DNA of 55,143 bases from a virus (lineage: Duplodnaviria; Caudoviricetes), in the IMG/VR virus record IMGVR_UViG_3300033153_005039, positions 1-55,143 of that record; one strand, written 5' to 3'. The notes beneath the pieces were generated by a model. It ran no database searches. It saw nothing but the letters and a program-made list of their open reading frames with translations, and was not told the DNA's origin. This document shows, piece by piece, positions 43,337 through 52,336 of this stretch (positions within the stretch are counted from its first letter, which is position 1; every line of letters starts with the position of its first letter). The translations under genes and the position numbers were made by a program.

Positions 43337-43562
43337 CGCCCTGCACCTCCTCGTAGTCCTTGCATTCGCCGTCGGTGTTGATGTTTCGGCAGAATTCAAA
43401 GTCCATTACCTCCAGACCTGACACGTAGCAGAAACCTATCTGCTGGGCGTTCGCCTTGCATTCCCAAGTGTGGGGGGCTACCGCCCACGCGTTATTCTGT
43501 CCTTTGTACACATGCACACACCGGGCGCAGATCGTCTTGCCGTCTAGCTTGTCGTCTGTCAT
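43308..43562 (-). CDS. Cys-rich hypothetical protein
   Basis: CARC..C...CRNINTDGECKDY; GGAGG RBS. Confidence 0.7.
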   Translation of the reverse strand: MTDDKLDGKTICARCVHVYKGQNNAWAVAPHTWECKANAQQIGFCYVSGLEVMDFEFCRNINTDGECKDYEEVQGDEDHNPKKR

Positions 43563-43573
43563 GATTCCTCCTG

Positions 43574-43846
43574 TCAATCTTCGTATCTCGGACATGCATC
43601 TGTCGTGTTACAAACTTGGAATTCGTAATTGAGTCCACGACAAAGAAACCGCTTCCTGCCATCAGCAAACTTACCATCGTAAATATTCGCTCTCCAGCGA
43701 CACGTCTTGCAACTTTTGGAGCGATAATTATGTTGCCTGTGTTCCTGAATCGTGAGCGGACACTGGACACTGGCAGGTTTCCATTTCCTGATGAACCGTT
43801 CAATGAGTTTAAGGATTGACTCTCGATACTTTTCTACTTTCATCAT
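43574..43846 (-). CDS. Cys-rich hypothetical protein
   Basis: GGAGG RBS; SCKTCRW...C...ACPRYE. Confidence 0.65.
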   Translation of the reverse strand: MMKVEKYRESILKLIERFIRKWKPASVQCPLTIQEHRQHNYRSKSCKTCRWRANIYDGKFADGRKRFLCRGLNYEFQVCNTTDACPRYED

Positions 43847-43859
43847 TTCCTCCATTGTT

Positions 43860-44378
43860 TTATTGAGCAAGTTCTAACATCTCATCTTTCGCAGCGGTCA
43901 ATCGCTGCATCGCTTCCGTGTCCCCGCCCTTGTCAGGGTGATTTTCCTTAGCCATTTTCCGGTAAGCTTTATGGACTTCCTCAATGGTGGCGTTACGATC
44001 CACACCGAGAATTTCCCACGGGTGTTTCTTTTCAGCCGGGAGTGCCAGTAAAACTTCCTGGTTTTTCAGCACCCTAAACCCTTTCATTAGCGTTTCCATA
44101 TTGAAGTCGCCACCTTCAGCGCGAACGCAATAATCCTCATGGATGCGCCACATGTAATCTAGTGCGACCTGGGCAGCCCGGTAATTGTCCGCCGGGTGAA
44201 TATATTTATCACAAATATATCGGTATTCGCGTCCATTAAGAACGAACATTATGATGGCAATACGCCCATCTTTTTCCGTAACCTCGTAATCAGATACACC
44301 CATACGGTTCATCGTGAGACGTAATCCCTTTTGTGCGGTCGCTACCTGATTACTAAATCTACGTTTAATCTTTGCCAC
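43860..44378 (-). CDS. J-domain (DnaJ-like) protein
   Basis: PWEILGV...[24 protein letters not shown] motif. Confidence 0.92.
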   Translation of the reverse strand: MAKIKRRFSNQVATAQKGLRLTMNRMGVSDYEVTEKDGRIAIIMFVLNGREYRYICDKYIHPADNYRAAQVALDYMWRIHEDYCVRAEGGDFNMETLMKGFRVLKNQEVLLALPAEKKHPWEILGVDRNATIEEVHKAYRKMAKENHPDKGGDTEAMQRLTAAKDEMLELAQ

Positions 44379-44622
44379 TGTTGATCTCCGTATCTTGCCA
44401 GATTAATACTGCAATCCCATATCTATTTTTTAACTTGTGCCATGGATTGCGGAATTCTTCTTCGGCCTCTTCTACAACCTGCGTTCTAGTGAAATTGCAC
44501 ATCGAAGGAATTAATCGCAATTCACCATTGGACACCCTTTCGTAAAGTACATAATATTTATCCTCTCTATTTGTCTTGAATGGGGCCACTGTTTTTAGTT
44601 TTATTTTTATATCACTCATCAT
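44365..44622 (-). CDS. hypothetical protein
   Basis: GGAGG RBS before ATG 44622. Confidence 0.6.
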   Translation of the reverse strand: MMSDIKIKLKTVAPFKTNREDKYYVLYERVSNGELRLIPSMCNFTRTQVVEEAEEEFRNPWHKLKNRYGIAVLIWQDTEINSGKD

Positions 44623-44680
44623 TTCCTCCAGTGTTTTTGTGGGGACCGGACGCACACGCAAGTCGCCCGGTCCCCGGACG

Positions 44681-45979
44681 TTATGAGCTTCCTTCCGTGT
44701 CGCTTTGAACTTCCTTAGCGGTCCCTTTAAAATCATCTTCCCCATCCCGGACGGTCCGCTTTTCTGCCTCTGCCGTGAGCCAGTCCACGATCCGGCTAGC
44801 TTTCGACATCGATACTGTCTCAGCATCGGATAATTGGTTCAATCCGAAAGTTTTCTTGAATCGCCCCTTAAATGCCGCTCTTGTCTTGTTATCCATCCCC
44901 TTCATCACATCGTTAGCCAGTTCCTTTATCTCCCCGTACATGCCATCTGGCAGCCTCTGAGGGGATTCTGGCGAGGGAGAGTCAACACCTTTGAGATCAG
45001 ATATATCTGTCCGCGCCTGTACGTGCTCCGGTAATGAGCGGGGACCATCTACAAGATCGTCGTAGTGGTCATCCCGTGGTCCCGGTAATGCTGGCCTGAC
45101 TAACCCGTCCGGGAGCACGTACATGATATCCCCGGCTGTTATCTCGCGGCGTTCCATGCGCTCTTTAAGGGTATCGAAAGCATGTGGGAAGTGGATCATC
45201 GGCGAGTAGAATTCAGTTCGAATCATCTTGCCTGACTGATCCGGGTACATCCCGTGCTGTTTCTTTAGAATGAATTCGAGATGCAAGGGCAGGTATCCGC
45301 CGTGCGGTGCCATGAAATGAGTCAGTGTTTTCACCGCGTCCTGCACATTGTTGATCGTGTTGATACTCCCGGACTGAAACATGTAGGCGTCGAACCCGGC
45401 GCATTTCGGCAGCCATAGATACATCGTCACTTTCTCGCCGCATTGCGGACGGTTCGGGTCGATGGTCCGAGACTTGCCAGCGATGGTGACATTACCGCCT
45501 GCTCTTAGGGGACATCGTTCGGGGTCACATTCTATTTCTTTACCGCCCCTGACAGCAATATTTCGATTGATGAATTCACCGTTACGGGCATCGGGCTCGA
45601 ATCTGTTCTTGCAGTACAGTTTCCCGCCCTGATAGCAGACGTATCCGATCTCGACACAATCTATTGGGGCAGACTTGAAAGTGAATTGCAACTTGATTGA
45701 TTTCCCGTAAGCCTCGAATCCCGCTGATGGATTCCCGTCGTCAAAGAAAACAAAGTGATTCGTCTTGGTCGGGAACGTCGCGGAGAAATCCTTACCTCCG
45801 CAGTTCGGGCAGACATTCTCGAAAGCCCTGATAGCGTATCCTTTCCTTCCAGCGTTCTTGCACGTCCAGCAATTCTTAACCTGGTAGCCAAGTTTTATCT
45901 TGCCCATTCTCGGTGCTCTGGGATTATCGAGCCTGTTCATTCGTGCCCGGATGCGTCCTTGTGAAACGTCATTCGTCAT
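44681..45979 (-). CDS. Gp3/recombination-directionality-factor-like protein (probable recombination/annealing partner)
   Basis: PRMGKIKLG...P.KT.HF...; C....C.......C; SGSINTI.N; adjacent to the exonuclease. Confidence 0.65.
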   Translation of the reverse strand: MTNDVSQGRIRARMNRLDNPRAPRMGKIKLGYQVKNCWTCKNAGRKGYAIRAFENVCPNCGGKDFSATFPTKTNHFVFFDDGNPSAGFEAYGKSIKLQFTFKSAPIDCVEIGYVCYQGGKLYCKNRFEPDARNGEFINRNIAVRGGKEIECDPERCPLRAGGNVTIAGKSRTIDPNRPQCGEKVTMYLWLPKCAGFDAYMFQSGSINTINNVQDAVKTLTHFMAPHGGYLPLHLEFILKKQHGMYPDQSGKMIRTEFYSPMIHFPHAFDTLKERMERREITAGDIMYVLPDGLVRPALPGPRDDHYDDLVDGPRSLPEHVQARTDISDLKGVDSPSPESPQRLPDGMYGEIKELANDVMKGMDNKTRAAFKGRFKKTFGLNQLSDAETVSMSKASRIVDWLTAEAEKRTVRDGEDDFKGTAKEVQSDTEGSS

Positions 45980-47084
45980 CCTCTTTAACCTCCCCGTCAT
46001 ATTTTACATCGCAGCATTTCAAATCATCACAGTGGTCTATCAGGTTACAAAATCTACACGGGCTTTGAAACCCTGTCCGGTTCTGTGTCTGTGGCCAGAT
46101 ACCGGACTCCTCACATGCCTTGATCTGCATGATTGTGATTTGCAACTGGCTTTCGAGAAACTTGATTTGATTCTCGTTCGGAACCTCGATGATAAACGCC
46201 GGGTTACGTCTGGGAGCCAGTGGAAGTTTCCAGACATCATCAATGCGGACTTTCGTTTTTAATTCAATTTCTTTTGTAGAGGTTTCGGCACCTTCCGGCG
46301 CTGTCTCACCTTTGTCCGGCCTGTACCGTGTCCACTTCAAGGCATTCGCCGGGGGAACGCATGACGGGATGTGATACCAGATCATCTTTGACGGGTACAC
46401 GCCGAACTTCTCCGCTCTCAGGCCACAACCTACTGATGTGCATCGATAGATATCCGGGCCGTCCTCGACAGCCTGTTCAAGTTCCCATTCATGGATGTGG
46501 TATTTGGGATCATCGACGGGGATGTACGGCATGTCACCGATAACGATGTAGCCGTATTTTAAAGCGTAACCCTGAATCAAACACTGGTAATCAAATTCGA
46601 GGTCGCGCCGGATGTTCTTATCTATCATTCCCGTCTTGAGTTCACGGACAATCAATCCCTTCTCGGGTCCCGCAATGATTTGATCGAACCGTCCCCGGAG
46701 CCATTCTATTTTATCACCTGGCATCGGGAGCGGGACATAAAACCATCGCTCAGATGACCGGATATCGATGTCCTTGTTCCAGTGCCAGTACCACTCAACC
46801 ATCGTCTTGGCTTTGAGAATACGCATGTCTCGACCAGTTGCGCCCCAATCAATAGGTGCATCGGTCATGGCTTCCTCGTAATCGAAAGCACTCTCTACTT
46901 CACTATCAAGATCGTATTCAGGATGCTCATGCAGGGTTTTAATCACGGCATGAACAGCCTTACCGATAATCCCGGCAGCGGACTCATGCGATGGTGGGTA
47001 CTGCTTACGGTTCCGGGCATATTTCTCTTTACGGCTACAGGAATTAAAACGGTTGAAGCCTGAGTATGAACGGTACTTAGTCAT
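45969..47084 (-). CDS. PD-(D/E)XK (RecB/Cas4-like) exonuclease
   Basis: SYS.F..F.SC, G..VH, LRGRFD.I...V.ELKTG, Q...Y, C-terminal CRFC....C. Confidence 0.88.
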   Translation of the reverse strand: MTKYRSYSGFNRFNSCSRKEKYARNRKQYPPSHESAAGIIGKAVHAVIKTLHEHPEYDLDSEVESAFDYEEAMTDAPIDWGATGRDMRILKAKTMVEWYWHWNKDIDIRSSERWFYVPLPMPGDKIEWLRGRFDQIIAGPEKGLIVRELKTGMIDKNIRRDLEFDYQCLIQGYALKYGYIVIGDMPYIPVDDPKYHIHEWELEQAVEDGPDIYRCTSVGCGLRAEKFGVYPSKMIWYHIPSCVPPANALKWTRYRPDKGETAPEGAETSTKEIELKTKVRIDDVWKLPLAPRRNPAFIIEVPNENQIKFLESQLQITIMQIKACEESGIWPQTQNRTGFQSPCRFCNLIDHCDDLKCCDVKYDGEVKEDDE

Positions 47085-47132
47085 TTTGCCTCCTGGGTGA
47101 GTTCCCATAGGGATTTTGATTCGATTGGTTTT

Positions 47133-47528
47133 TCAGTCATGGGAATCACCTTTTATTAGCCACTGATGGAACTCGAAACACTTTCCATCCTCCATCCAGT
47201 CAAGCCCGTAGATTACCTCTTGATTTTCGCTGTAATCGCTTCCTTGTAGGAGTCCGCCAATTCTCCCTGCAATTTTACGCATGATCTCAATGGCTTCATC
47301 GTCAGCACTCAGGGAAAGCGAGTTGCACTGTCCGAGCGGCATATCCTGTCCGTACCAGAAGTTGATTTCACGGCGATAATCTTTACCGTCAAAGCTGATG
47401 CGAATAAGCCTGACTTCAAACGGACTGTCGATCTCTGGTTTGCATCCGGGTAATACGACTTCGAGTAAGTCTTTAATATCTTGCGGGTGCCATTTGGAAT
47501 TGATTAATAGGTTAGTGCTGCATCCCAT
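47133..47528 (-). CDS. hypothetical protein
   Basis: ORF in operon; start inferred from RBS. Confidence 0.65.
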   Translation of the reverse strand: MGCSTNLLINSKWHPQDIKDLLEVVLPGCKPEIDSPFEVRLIRISFDGKDYRREINFWYGQDMPLGQCNSLSLSADDEAIEIMRKIAGRIGGLLQGSDYSENQEVIYGLDWMEDGKCFEFHQWLIKGDSHD

Positions 47529-47529
47529 G

Positions 47530-47817
47530 TTATTTTTCCACCTCATCGTGATATTCCAGCATCCATTCAATCCGCCTGATCGGTGACAGTTTAAAAAAGC
47601 TGTCCGACCAGTCGTCTAGAGTCGCTGCACGGTATCTCTGTGACGGTTCTACGGCCTGTGAGTTCGCGCAGTAATCATATGGGATAGTCTCGCCCACTTC
47701 ACGCTTACCGTACCATTCAATGAACGCATTCCAGTCGTCGTCCATTAAATCCCTGAGTGCATTAAAAACATGCTTTGGGTGATCGATTCGCAGTGTGAGT
47801 TTTTCTGAATCGGTCAT
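47530..47817 (-). CDS. hypothetical protein
   Basis: ATGA overlap. Confidence 0.65.
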   Translation of the reverse strand: MTDSEKLTLRIDHPKHVFNALRDLMDDDWNAFIEWYGKREVGETIPYDYCANSQAVEPSQRYRAATLDDWSDSFFKLSPIRRIEWMLEYHDEVEK

Positions 47818-48296
47818 GCGAGTTCACCTTCCGCGCTTACTTCCCTGATGATTGTCCTGGGTTCGTTGTGCGTGATGTAACCCTGTTCGACAAGTTCATT
47901 CCACCTGTCGATATTAACACCTTCATCCTCATTGCGTTTGTCACATTCAGCCTGAGCCGCTTCCTGTTCAGTGAAAAGCCTGTCACCGTAATAAACGCTT
48001 CCGCTACCGACTCCGGTTTCAACGCACATGTAGCTTTCGTTGTGTGTATCGTCACGCTTTGGCTCTTGAAAGCGGACCAGTCCTATGGTGTACAGACCTT
48101 CAATATACCAGTGCCCCTGAACGTATTCGCGCTTGGTTTTGTGACCGTAACATTCAGAACATGAGCGCAAAGTATCATCGGGGTACTTGATTTTCCCTTC
48201 GCCCTTACATGCCGGACATGGCAGGTCTACGCTTCTTGTGGCGTGTATGATGCTGAATACCTTGTCGCCGATACTGAATTGTGTCTCGATTTTCAT
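47814..48296 (-). CDS. hypothetical protein with DnaJ-type CxxCxGxG zinc finger
   Basis: MKIETQFSIGDKVF; CPACKGEG...CSECYG; GGAGG RBS. Confidence 0.8.
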   Translation of the reverse strand: MKIETQFSIGDKVFSIIHATRSVDLPCPACKGEGKIKYPDDTLRSCSECYGHKTKREYVQGHWYIEGLYTIGLVRFQEPKRDDTHNESYMCVETGVGSGSVYYGDRLFTEQEAAQAECDKRNEDEGVNIDRWNELVEQGYITHNEPRTIIREVSAEGELA

Positions 48297-48354
48297 AACG
48301 TCCTCCGTTTAAAATTAGTCCCCGCCCGATGGTCCGTCCGGTTGGCAACTGTGA

Positions 48355-48573
48355 TTATTCGCCTTCGTACTCGATCCTGACCGTCTTGCCTGACAGCAAC
48401 GCCTTGCGCACGATGGGATCAATGACCGTCATCGCACGGTTGATGGCGCGGTTTTCGTTCGTTGACGCTTCGAGCCGCTCACGGTTTGTACCGCCGTCCG
48501 GCGAAGGTTCAGCGACGATCACCTGAGACGTATCCTTGCCGTTTCTCTTGAATTTGATTAGGCTAAAGTTCAT
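48355..48573 (-). CDS. hypothetical protein
   Basis: GGAGG RBS. Confidence 0.65.
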   Translation of the reverse strand: MNFSLIKFKRNGKDTSQVIVAEPSPDGGTNRERLEASTNENRAINRAMTVIDPIVRKALLSGKTVRIEYEGE

Positions 48574-48768
48574 TTATTTTTCCTCCATGTGATTGATGAT
48601 TGCTCGGTTTAATTCATACTGATGGTCCAGCTCTCCCTTGATTATATCGATCCTCTGTTCAAGGAAGTCGATGCGCTGATGGGCAACCCTTAGCCCTAAG
48701 TTTGTAGCGAATTCAACAAGCCCGATGACTCCGATGATTAAGAAAGCGAGTCCGATGAGGTAATTCAT
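48574..48768 (-). CDS. small membrane protein
   Basis: N-terminal TM plus coiled coil; GGAGG RBS. Confidence 0.65.
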   Translation of the reverse strand: MNYLIGLAFLIIGVIGLVEFATNLGLRVAHQRIDFLEQRIDIIKGELDHQYELNRAIINHMEEK

Positions 48769-49007
48769 TTTTCCTCCAGTGGATTTTGTTCAGCGTCGAT
48801 CAGGTTGAGGACTTCCTCGAACGCTCTGCGTTTCCATATGGATTCAGCAATTGACATCATAACCCCTTCGCTTGCCTCATCCCGCATCGCCTCGACCTTC
48901 GTGCGGAAGTCATCGATAGACGTCAAGGCTGCCCTTAAACAGCTACCAGTATCGTTTCCGTTTGGGTTTTCGAGAGCCTGTTCGATCCATTGCTTTGCTC
49001 TTTTCAT
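48765..49007 (-). CDS. hypothetical protein
   Basis: TAAGGAGG RBS before ATG 49007. Confidence 0.7.
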   Translation of the reverse strand: MKRAKQWIEQALENPNGNDTGSCLRAALTSIDDFRTKVEAMRDEASEGVMMSIAESIWKRRAFEEVLNLIDAEQNPLEEK

Positions 49008-49077
49008 AGCGTCCTCCTTAAATTCCCCCAACCCGCCCAGCGAACCGAGCGGGCTTAGGGGATCGCGTCAGTCGTGG

Positions 49078-49284
49078 TTATACTCGATGCACATGCTTGA
49101 AATCGATCACGGGGTCCCAACCCTCCATAGATTCAGCATGGTAATCTGTGATCCAGTCCTTTGTCTTTTTGTTAAGTTCCGCCATGCTGTCAGCGTCGAT
49201 TGTCTTGATGGGATCGTCCGAGTCGGCAGGGCAGATGTCGGCTGTCCATTTGCCGTTGATTGTGTAGATAAGTACGTCGTACAT
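49078..49284 (-). CDS. first gene of the leftward operon, acidic hypothetical protein
   Basis: Follows the leftward promoter; AAGGGG RBS. Confidence 0.7.
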   Translation of the reverse strand: MYDVLIYTINGKWTADICPADSDDPIKTIDADSMAELNKKTKDWITDYHAESMEGWDPVIDFKHVHRV

Positions 49285-49335
49285 TCTATCCCCTTGCGTT
49301 TAAAGTCCGCCGACTGTGGATTTACTGACAGGGGT

Positions 49336-49364
49336 ATCTTAGCACATTGTTTTAAGCCTGTCAA
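49336..49364 (-). promoter_or_regulatory. leftward early promoter (PL-like)
   Basis: TTGACA-17-TAAGAT with TG extension. Confidence 0.8.
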
Positions 49365-49369
49365 GTCCG

Positions 49370-49621
49370 CTAACCGCTTTTCTTAGATTTCTTTTGTTTT
49401 TTCGCGTACCTATTTAATAGGTCTGGCTCCGCGCCCTCGATACATCGGAGCGTCCCGCGAGTGATTCCTTGAAACCCTTTGACAATGCGGGATATATGCG
49501 ATTCGTCCAGCATTGCAGCAAGGGCAATCTCGCGCTGGCTGTATCCAAGCCCCTTTAAGCGTTTAATAATCACCATTGCAGCGTCCCGGCGTTTTTGGTT
49601 GTTGAGTTTGTTTGTGCACAT
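49370..49621 (-). CDS. HTH repressor-like regulator, probably leaderless
   Basis: LKGLGYSQREIALAAMLDESHISRIVKG; ATG 49621 is 6 nt after a -10. Confidence 0.75.
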   Translation of the reverse strand: MCTNKLNNQKRRDAAMVIIKRLKGLGYSQREIALAAMLDESHISRIVKGFQGITRGTLRCIEGAEPDLLNRYAKKQKKSKKSG

Positions 49622-49627
49622 GCAGAG

Positions 49628-49656
49628 AATATAACACACTTAAATGTTTTTTGCAA
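49628..49656 (-). promoter_or_regulatory. PRM-like promoter
   Basis: TTGCAA-17-TATATT with TG extension, back-to-back with the rightward promoter. Confidence 0.65.
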
Positions 49657-49685
49657 TTGACATCCTTAAATTTTTCGTTTATAAT
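49657..49685 (+). promoter_or_regulatory. rightward early promoter (PR-like)
   Basis: Perfect TTGACA-17-TATAAT. Confidence 0.9.
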
Positions 49686-49691
49686 CCAAGC

Positions 49692-50012
49692 GTACACTCA
49701 AGTCCTCCCCCACGGAATGGGCTTTGAGGCCGGGGGTGACACGGAGGTTGCCCCCGGTGAACCTTGAAAATAAAATAGAATCCTCATCAGAGGTTTCCTT
49801 GCCGACAGGGGCAAGCCACAATTAATGGGAGGTGGCCTGTCACATCTCCCCGGTGAACCTTGAAAAGTTATTGAAGTGGGCTGCCGGAAAGCTTAAACGT
49901 CACTGGCAATACTAGTCAGCCACACAAGCCTCTACCGACAGTCCTCTTGAATAACTGCGCTGTAAGGAATTCAGCCGGGGGACACCAGACGCGATTCTGA
50001 TCCCCCGGCACC
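49692..50012 (+). promoter_or_regulatory. long structured 5' leader with two hairpin + GAACCTTGAAAA units
   Basis: 19-bp repeat CCCCGGTGAACCTTGAAAA at 49752-49770 and 49848-49866; several GC-rich stems; no plus-strand ORF in the track. Confidence 0.65.
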
Positions 50013-50023
50013 TGGAGGACACG

Positions 50024-50323
50024 ATGGAAAAAATGACACTGGATGAATTACTACACCACATAAACTGCTTTGGCGAGGCGAACGAATCAAGCACGGCGAA
50101 CATTATCCACGCCTTCATTAAGAAAAACCGCGACGCCCTCACCGCTGGATTGCAGAAGCCTTTGAGGTTTAAAGAAAAAAACGGGACGTGGGCTGAGGTT
50201 TTTCCCGATGGCGAATATGTCTACGACGATGGAGACGGCAATTCGGCATTGAATTATTACGATAAGCAGGCAGTGATAAACGATTGTAAGCGTCGCGGCC
50301 TGCCCTGTGAATTCATCGAATAG
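50024..50323 (+). CDS. hypothetical protein, first gene of the rightward operon
   Basis: GGAGG RBS. Confidence 0.75.
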   Translation: MEKMTLDELLHHINCFGEANESSTANIIHAFIKKNRDALTAGLQKPLRFKEKNGTWAEVFPDGEYVYDDGDGNSALNYYDKQAVINDCKRRGLPCEFIE

Positions 50324-50331
50324 GAGACATC

Positions 50332-50610
50332 ATGGACTGCAAATGGAAACCAATAAGCGAACTCCCGCCCATGAATAAAATCGTCGTTGGATTAGTGCAA
50401 GAATATGGCTCGACGATTTACATGTTATTTTCTACTCACGATATGGGTTCAGGTCGGATTGTTTTTTCGACCAGCGAAGTCACCGTGGATTTCAATCGCG
50501 ACGGGGAGCGAGGGGACTTCAGTCATTGGATCACCCCTCATAAAGTCAACGCAAAACTAATAGCGTGGTGTCCAATACCAAAATTAGATACCACTGAATT
50601 CAAGCTATGA
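50332..50610 (+). CDS. DUF551-like hypothetical protein
   Basis: WKPISELPP...IAWCPIPK. Confidence 0.7.
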   Translation: MDCKWKPISELPPMNKIVVGLVQEYGSTIYMLFSTHDMGSGRIVFSTSEVTVDFNRDGERGDFSHWITPHKVNAKLIAWCPIPKLDTTEFKL

Positions 50611-50852
50611 CCACTGAACAAATAACCCGCCCCGGTGTACGTTGCCGCTGCGGACGGCTCCATGCGTTCTCAGATGGACGCTACGGGCTGATGCAACCGT
50701 CGGTATGCTCTGTGGGTGCTTCGGGGGCATTTACCGCCCTGAGAGTGGCGGTCCCGTCCTGTACAGGAACTTACTGGGTGCCGTGCATGAGCTGGAGTCA
50801 GTGGAAATTTTGCACAAAGGGTATTGATTATGAGCGTACATTTTTCAAGTAA
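50607..50852 (+). CDS. Cys-rich hypothetical protein
   Basis: ATGA overlap; fills the gap before the MTase gene. Confidence 0.4.
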   Translation: MTTEQITRPGVRCRCGRLHAFSDGRYGLMQPSVCSVGASGAFTALRVAVPSCTGTYWVPCMSWSQWKFCTKGIDYERTFFK

Positions 50853-51252
50853 AACGCCTGAATGGTCAACACCGCAAGACTTGTTCGACGAGTTGGATCG
50901 TGAATTCGGCTTCAAGCTTGACCCTTGTGCAAATCTAGAGAATCATAAATGCGAGAATTTCTATACCGTCGATAATGATGGGTTGAGTCACGATTGGCAT
51001 TTATTCGGGCCGGTCTTTATGAATCCCCCATATGGTAGAGTTATCGGGAAGTGGGTAAAGAAAGCATACGAGTCAAGCTTGAATGGGGCAACAGTTGTGT
51101 GTCTGCTCCCGGCGCGAACAGATACCCGGTGGTTCCATGATTACATCTACGGGAAAGCCGAAATAAGATTCATTCGCGGTCGTTTAAAATTCGGCGGATC
51201 TAAAAACTCCGCGCCATTTCCCAGCATGATTGCCATTTTTAGGAAGCCTTAA
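50830..51252 (+). CDS. phage Dam-family N6-adenine DNA methyltransferase
   Basis: EWSTPQ.LF..LD.EFGF.LDPCA, DGL, FMNPPYG, LLPARTDTRWFH, RGRLKF, APFPS. Confidence 0.95.
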   Translation: MSVHFSSKTPEWSTPQDLFDELDREFGFKLDPCANLENHKCENFYTVDNDGLSHDWHLFGPVFMNPPYGRVIGKWVKKAYESSLNGATVVCLLPARTDTRWFHDYIYGKAEIRFIRGRLKFGGSKNSAPFPSMIAIFRKP

Positions 51253-51253
51253 C

Positions 51254-51532
51254 ATGAAACGACTCACAAAAAAGCAGCTCGAAACCCTGCGAACCATCAG
51301 GGATAAGCCGGACATCTCGCTACGGGAGCTATCAGAACATGAAGGACTCACGATGAAGGGAAGCTACGACCGCATCAACCAGCTCAAAAGGAAGGGCTAT
51401 CTACACGACGATCATAACAAAGCCAGGTTTCTCAGGCTCACAGACAAGGGCAAGTGCGCCGTGGGCGAACCGCCACCACTGCTCGGCGTGATCGAATCGA
51501 CAGGTGAAATATACGAGAGGGTGATGATATGA
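51254..51532 (+). CDS. LexA-like winged-HTH DNA-binding protein (no peptidase domain)
   Basis: LTKKQ.E.L....SLREL.......I.QL.RKGYL.....KAR.L.L...PLLGVI. Confidence 0.8.
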   Translation: MKRLTKKQLETLRTIRDKPDISLRELSEHEGLTMKGSYDRINQLKRKGYLHDDHNKARFLRLTDKGKCAVGEPPPLLGVIESTGEIYERVMI

Positions 51533-52203
51533 GCGACATCCTCAAGATAGAGACCGACCAGTACACGCTGTACAACTGCGACTGCATGGACGTGCTGGCT
51601 ACGATCAAGGCTGATTGCGTGGTGACGGACCCGCCGTATGGGATGAATTGGCCATGCGATATGACACGATTTTCTGGGGGGAACCAAGATAGAAGTTTCG
51701 GAATAAAAAGGGAGCAAGTAATAAACGATGACAGACCATTTGATCCGGTACCTTGGCTAAATTTCAATGAAGTAATCTTATGGGGCTACAATCACTTCGC
51801 ATCAAAATTGCCAGTGGGGACTACGCTTGTCTGGATCAAGAGGCTCGACGGCCTTTATGGAACATTCCTTAGCGATGCCGAATTAGCATGGATGAAGGGC
51901 GGTCATGGGGTCTACTGCCAGAGAGATGTATCGATGTACTCTAAATATGCTGATTCGACTAAAGATTACCCTGATAAACATCCGACAGAAAAGCCAGTCG
52001 GCATCATGGAATGGTGTATTGAGAAATGTAAATCAGATACGATATTCGATCCCTACATGGGATCGGGCACAACGGGCGTGGCGTGCGCCCGGTTAGGTCG
52101 TAAGTTCATCGGGATCGAGATTGACAAGAAATACTTTGATATTGCCGTGGAGAGAATCGACCGTGAACACGCACAGGGCAAGCTGTTTGACACCGCCGAT
52201 TAA
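51529..52203 (+). CDS. N6/N4 DNA methyltransferase (beta class)
   Basis: LYNCDC, VTDPPYG, HPTEKP, DPYMGSGTTG, FIGIEID. Confidence 0.95.
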   Translation: MSDILKIETDQYTLYNCDCMDVLATIKADCVVTDPPYGMNWPCDMTRFSGGNQDRSFGIKREQVINDDRPFDPVPWLNFNEVILWGYNHFASKLPVGTTLVWIKRLDGLYGTFLSDAELAWMKGGHGVYCQRDVSMYSKYADSTKDYPDKHPTEKPVGIMEWCIEKCKSDTIFDPYMGSGTTGVACARLGRKFIGIEIDKKYFDIAVERIDREHAQGKLFDTAD

Positions 52204-52215
52204 GTTTGGTAAGAT
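52187..52215 (+). promoter_or_regulatory. promoter for the replication genes
   Basis: TTGACA-17-TAAGAT with TG extension. Confidence 0.8.
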
Positions 52216-52225
52216 ATCAATGTAC

Positions 52226-52323
52226 ACCTGTCCAGGGCAAAAACCTTACGAGAAGCCCGCATCCTGGACAGGTAGCGGGTTTTCTCTTGGAGTCGGGTCG
52301 ATCTAACCCCCGACCCGGCTCCA
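52226..52323 (+). promoter_or_regulatory. attenuator-like structured leader
   Basis: ACCTGTCCAGG is complementary to the loop CCTGGACAGGT of the terminator-like hairpin GAGAAGCCCGC/GCGGGTTTTCTC; second hairpin GGAGTCGGGTCG/CGACCCGGCTCC. Confidence 0.65.
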
Positions 52324-52336
52324 GCCAGGGGTTAGT

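Noticed and set aside
45969-47084. Cas4 as evidence of a CRISPR system
   Set aside because: It is a stand-alone PD-(D/E)XK exonuclease beside a recombination gene, a common phage arrangement, with no array.
49692-50012. tRNA or tmRNA genes in the structured intergenic regions
   Set aside because: I found no cloverleaf with a TTCGA T-loop and acceptor stem here or at 2856-2980 by eye; tRNAscan/ARAGORN would settle it.
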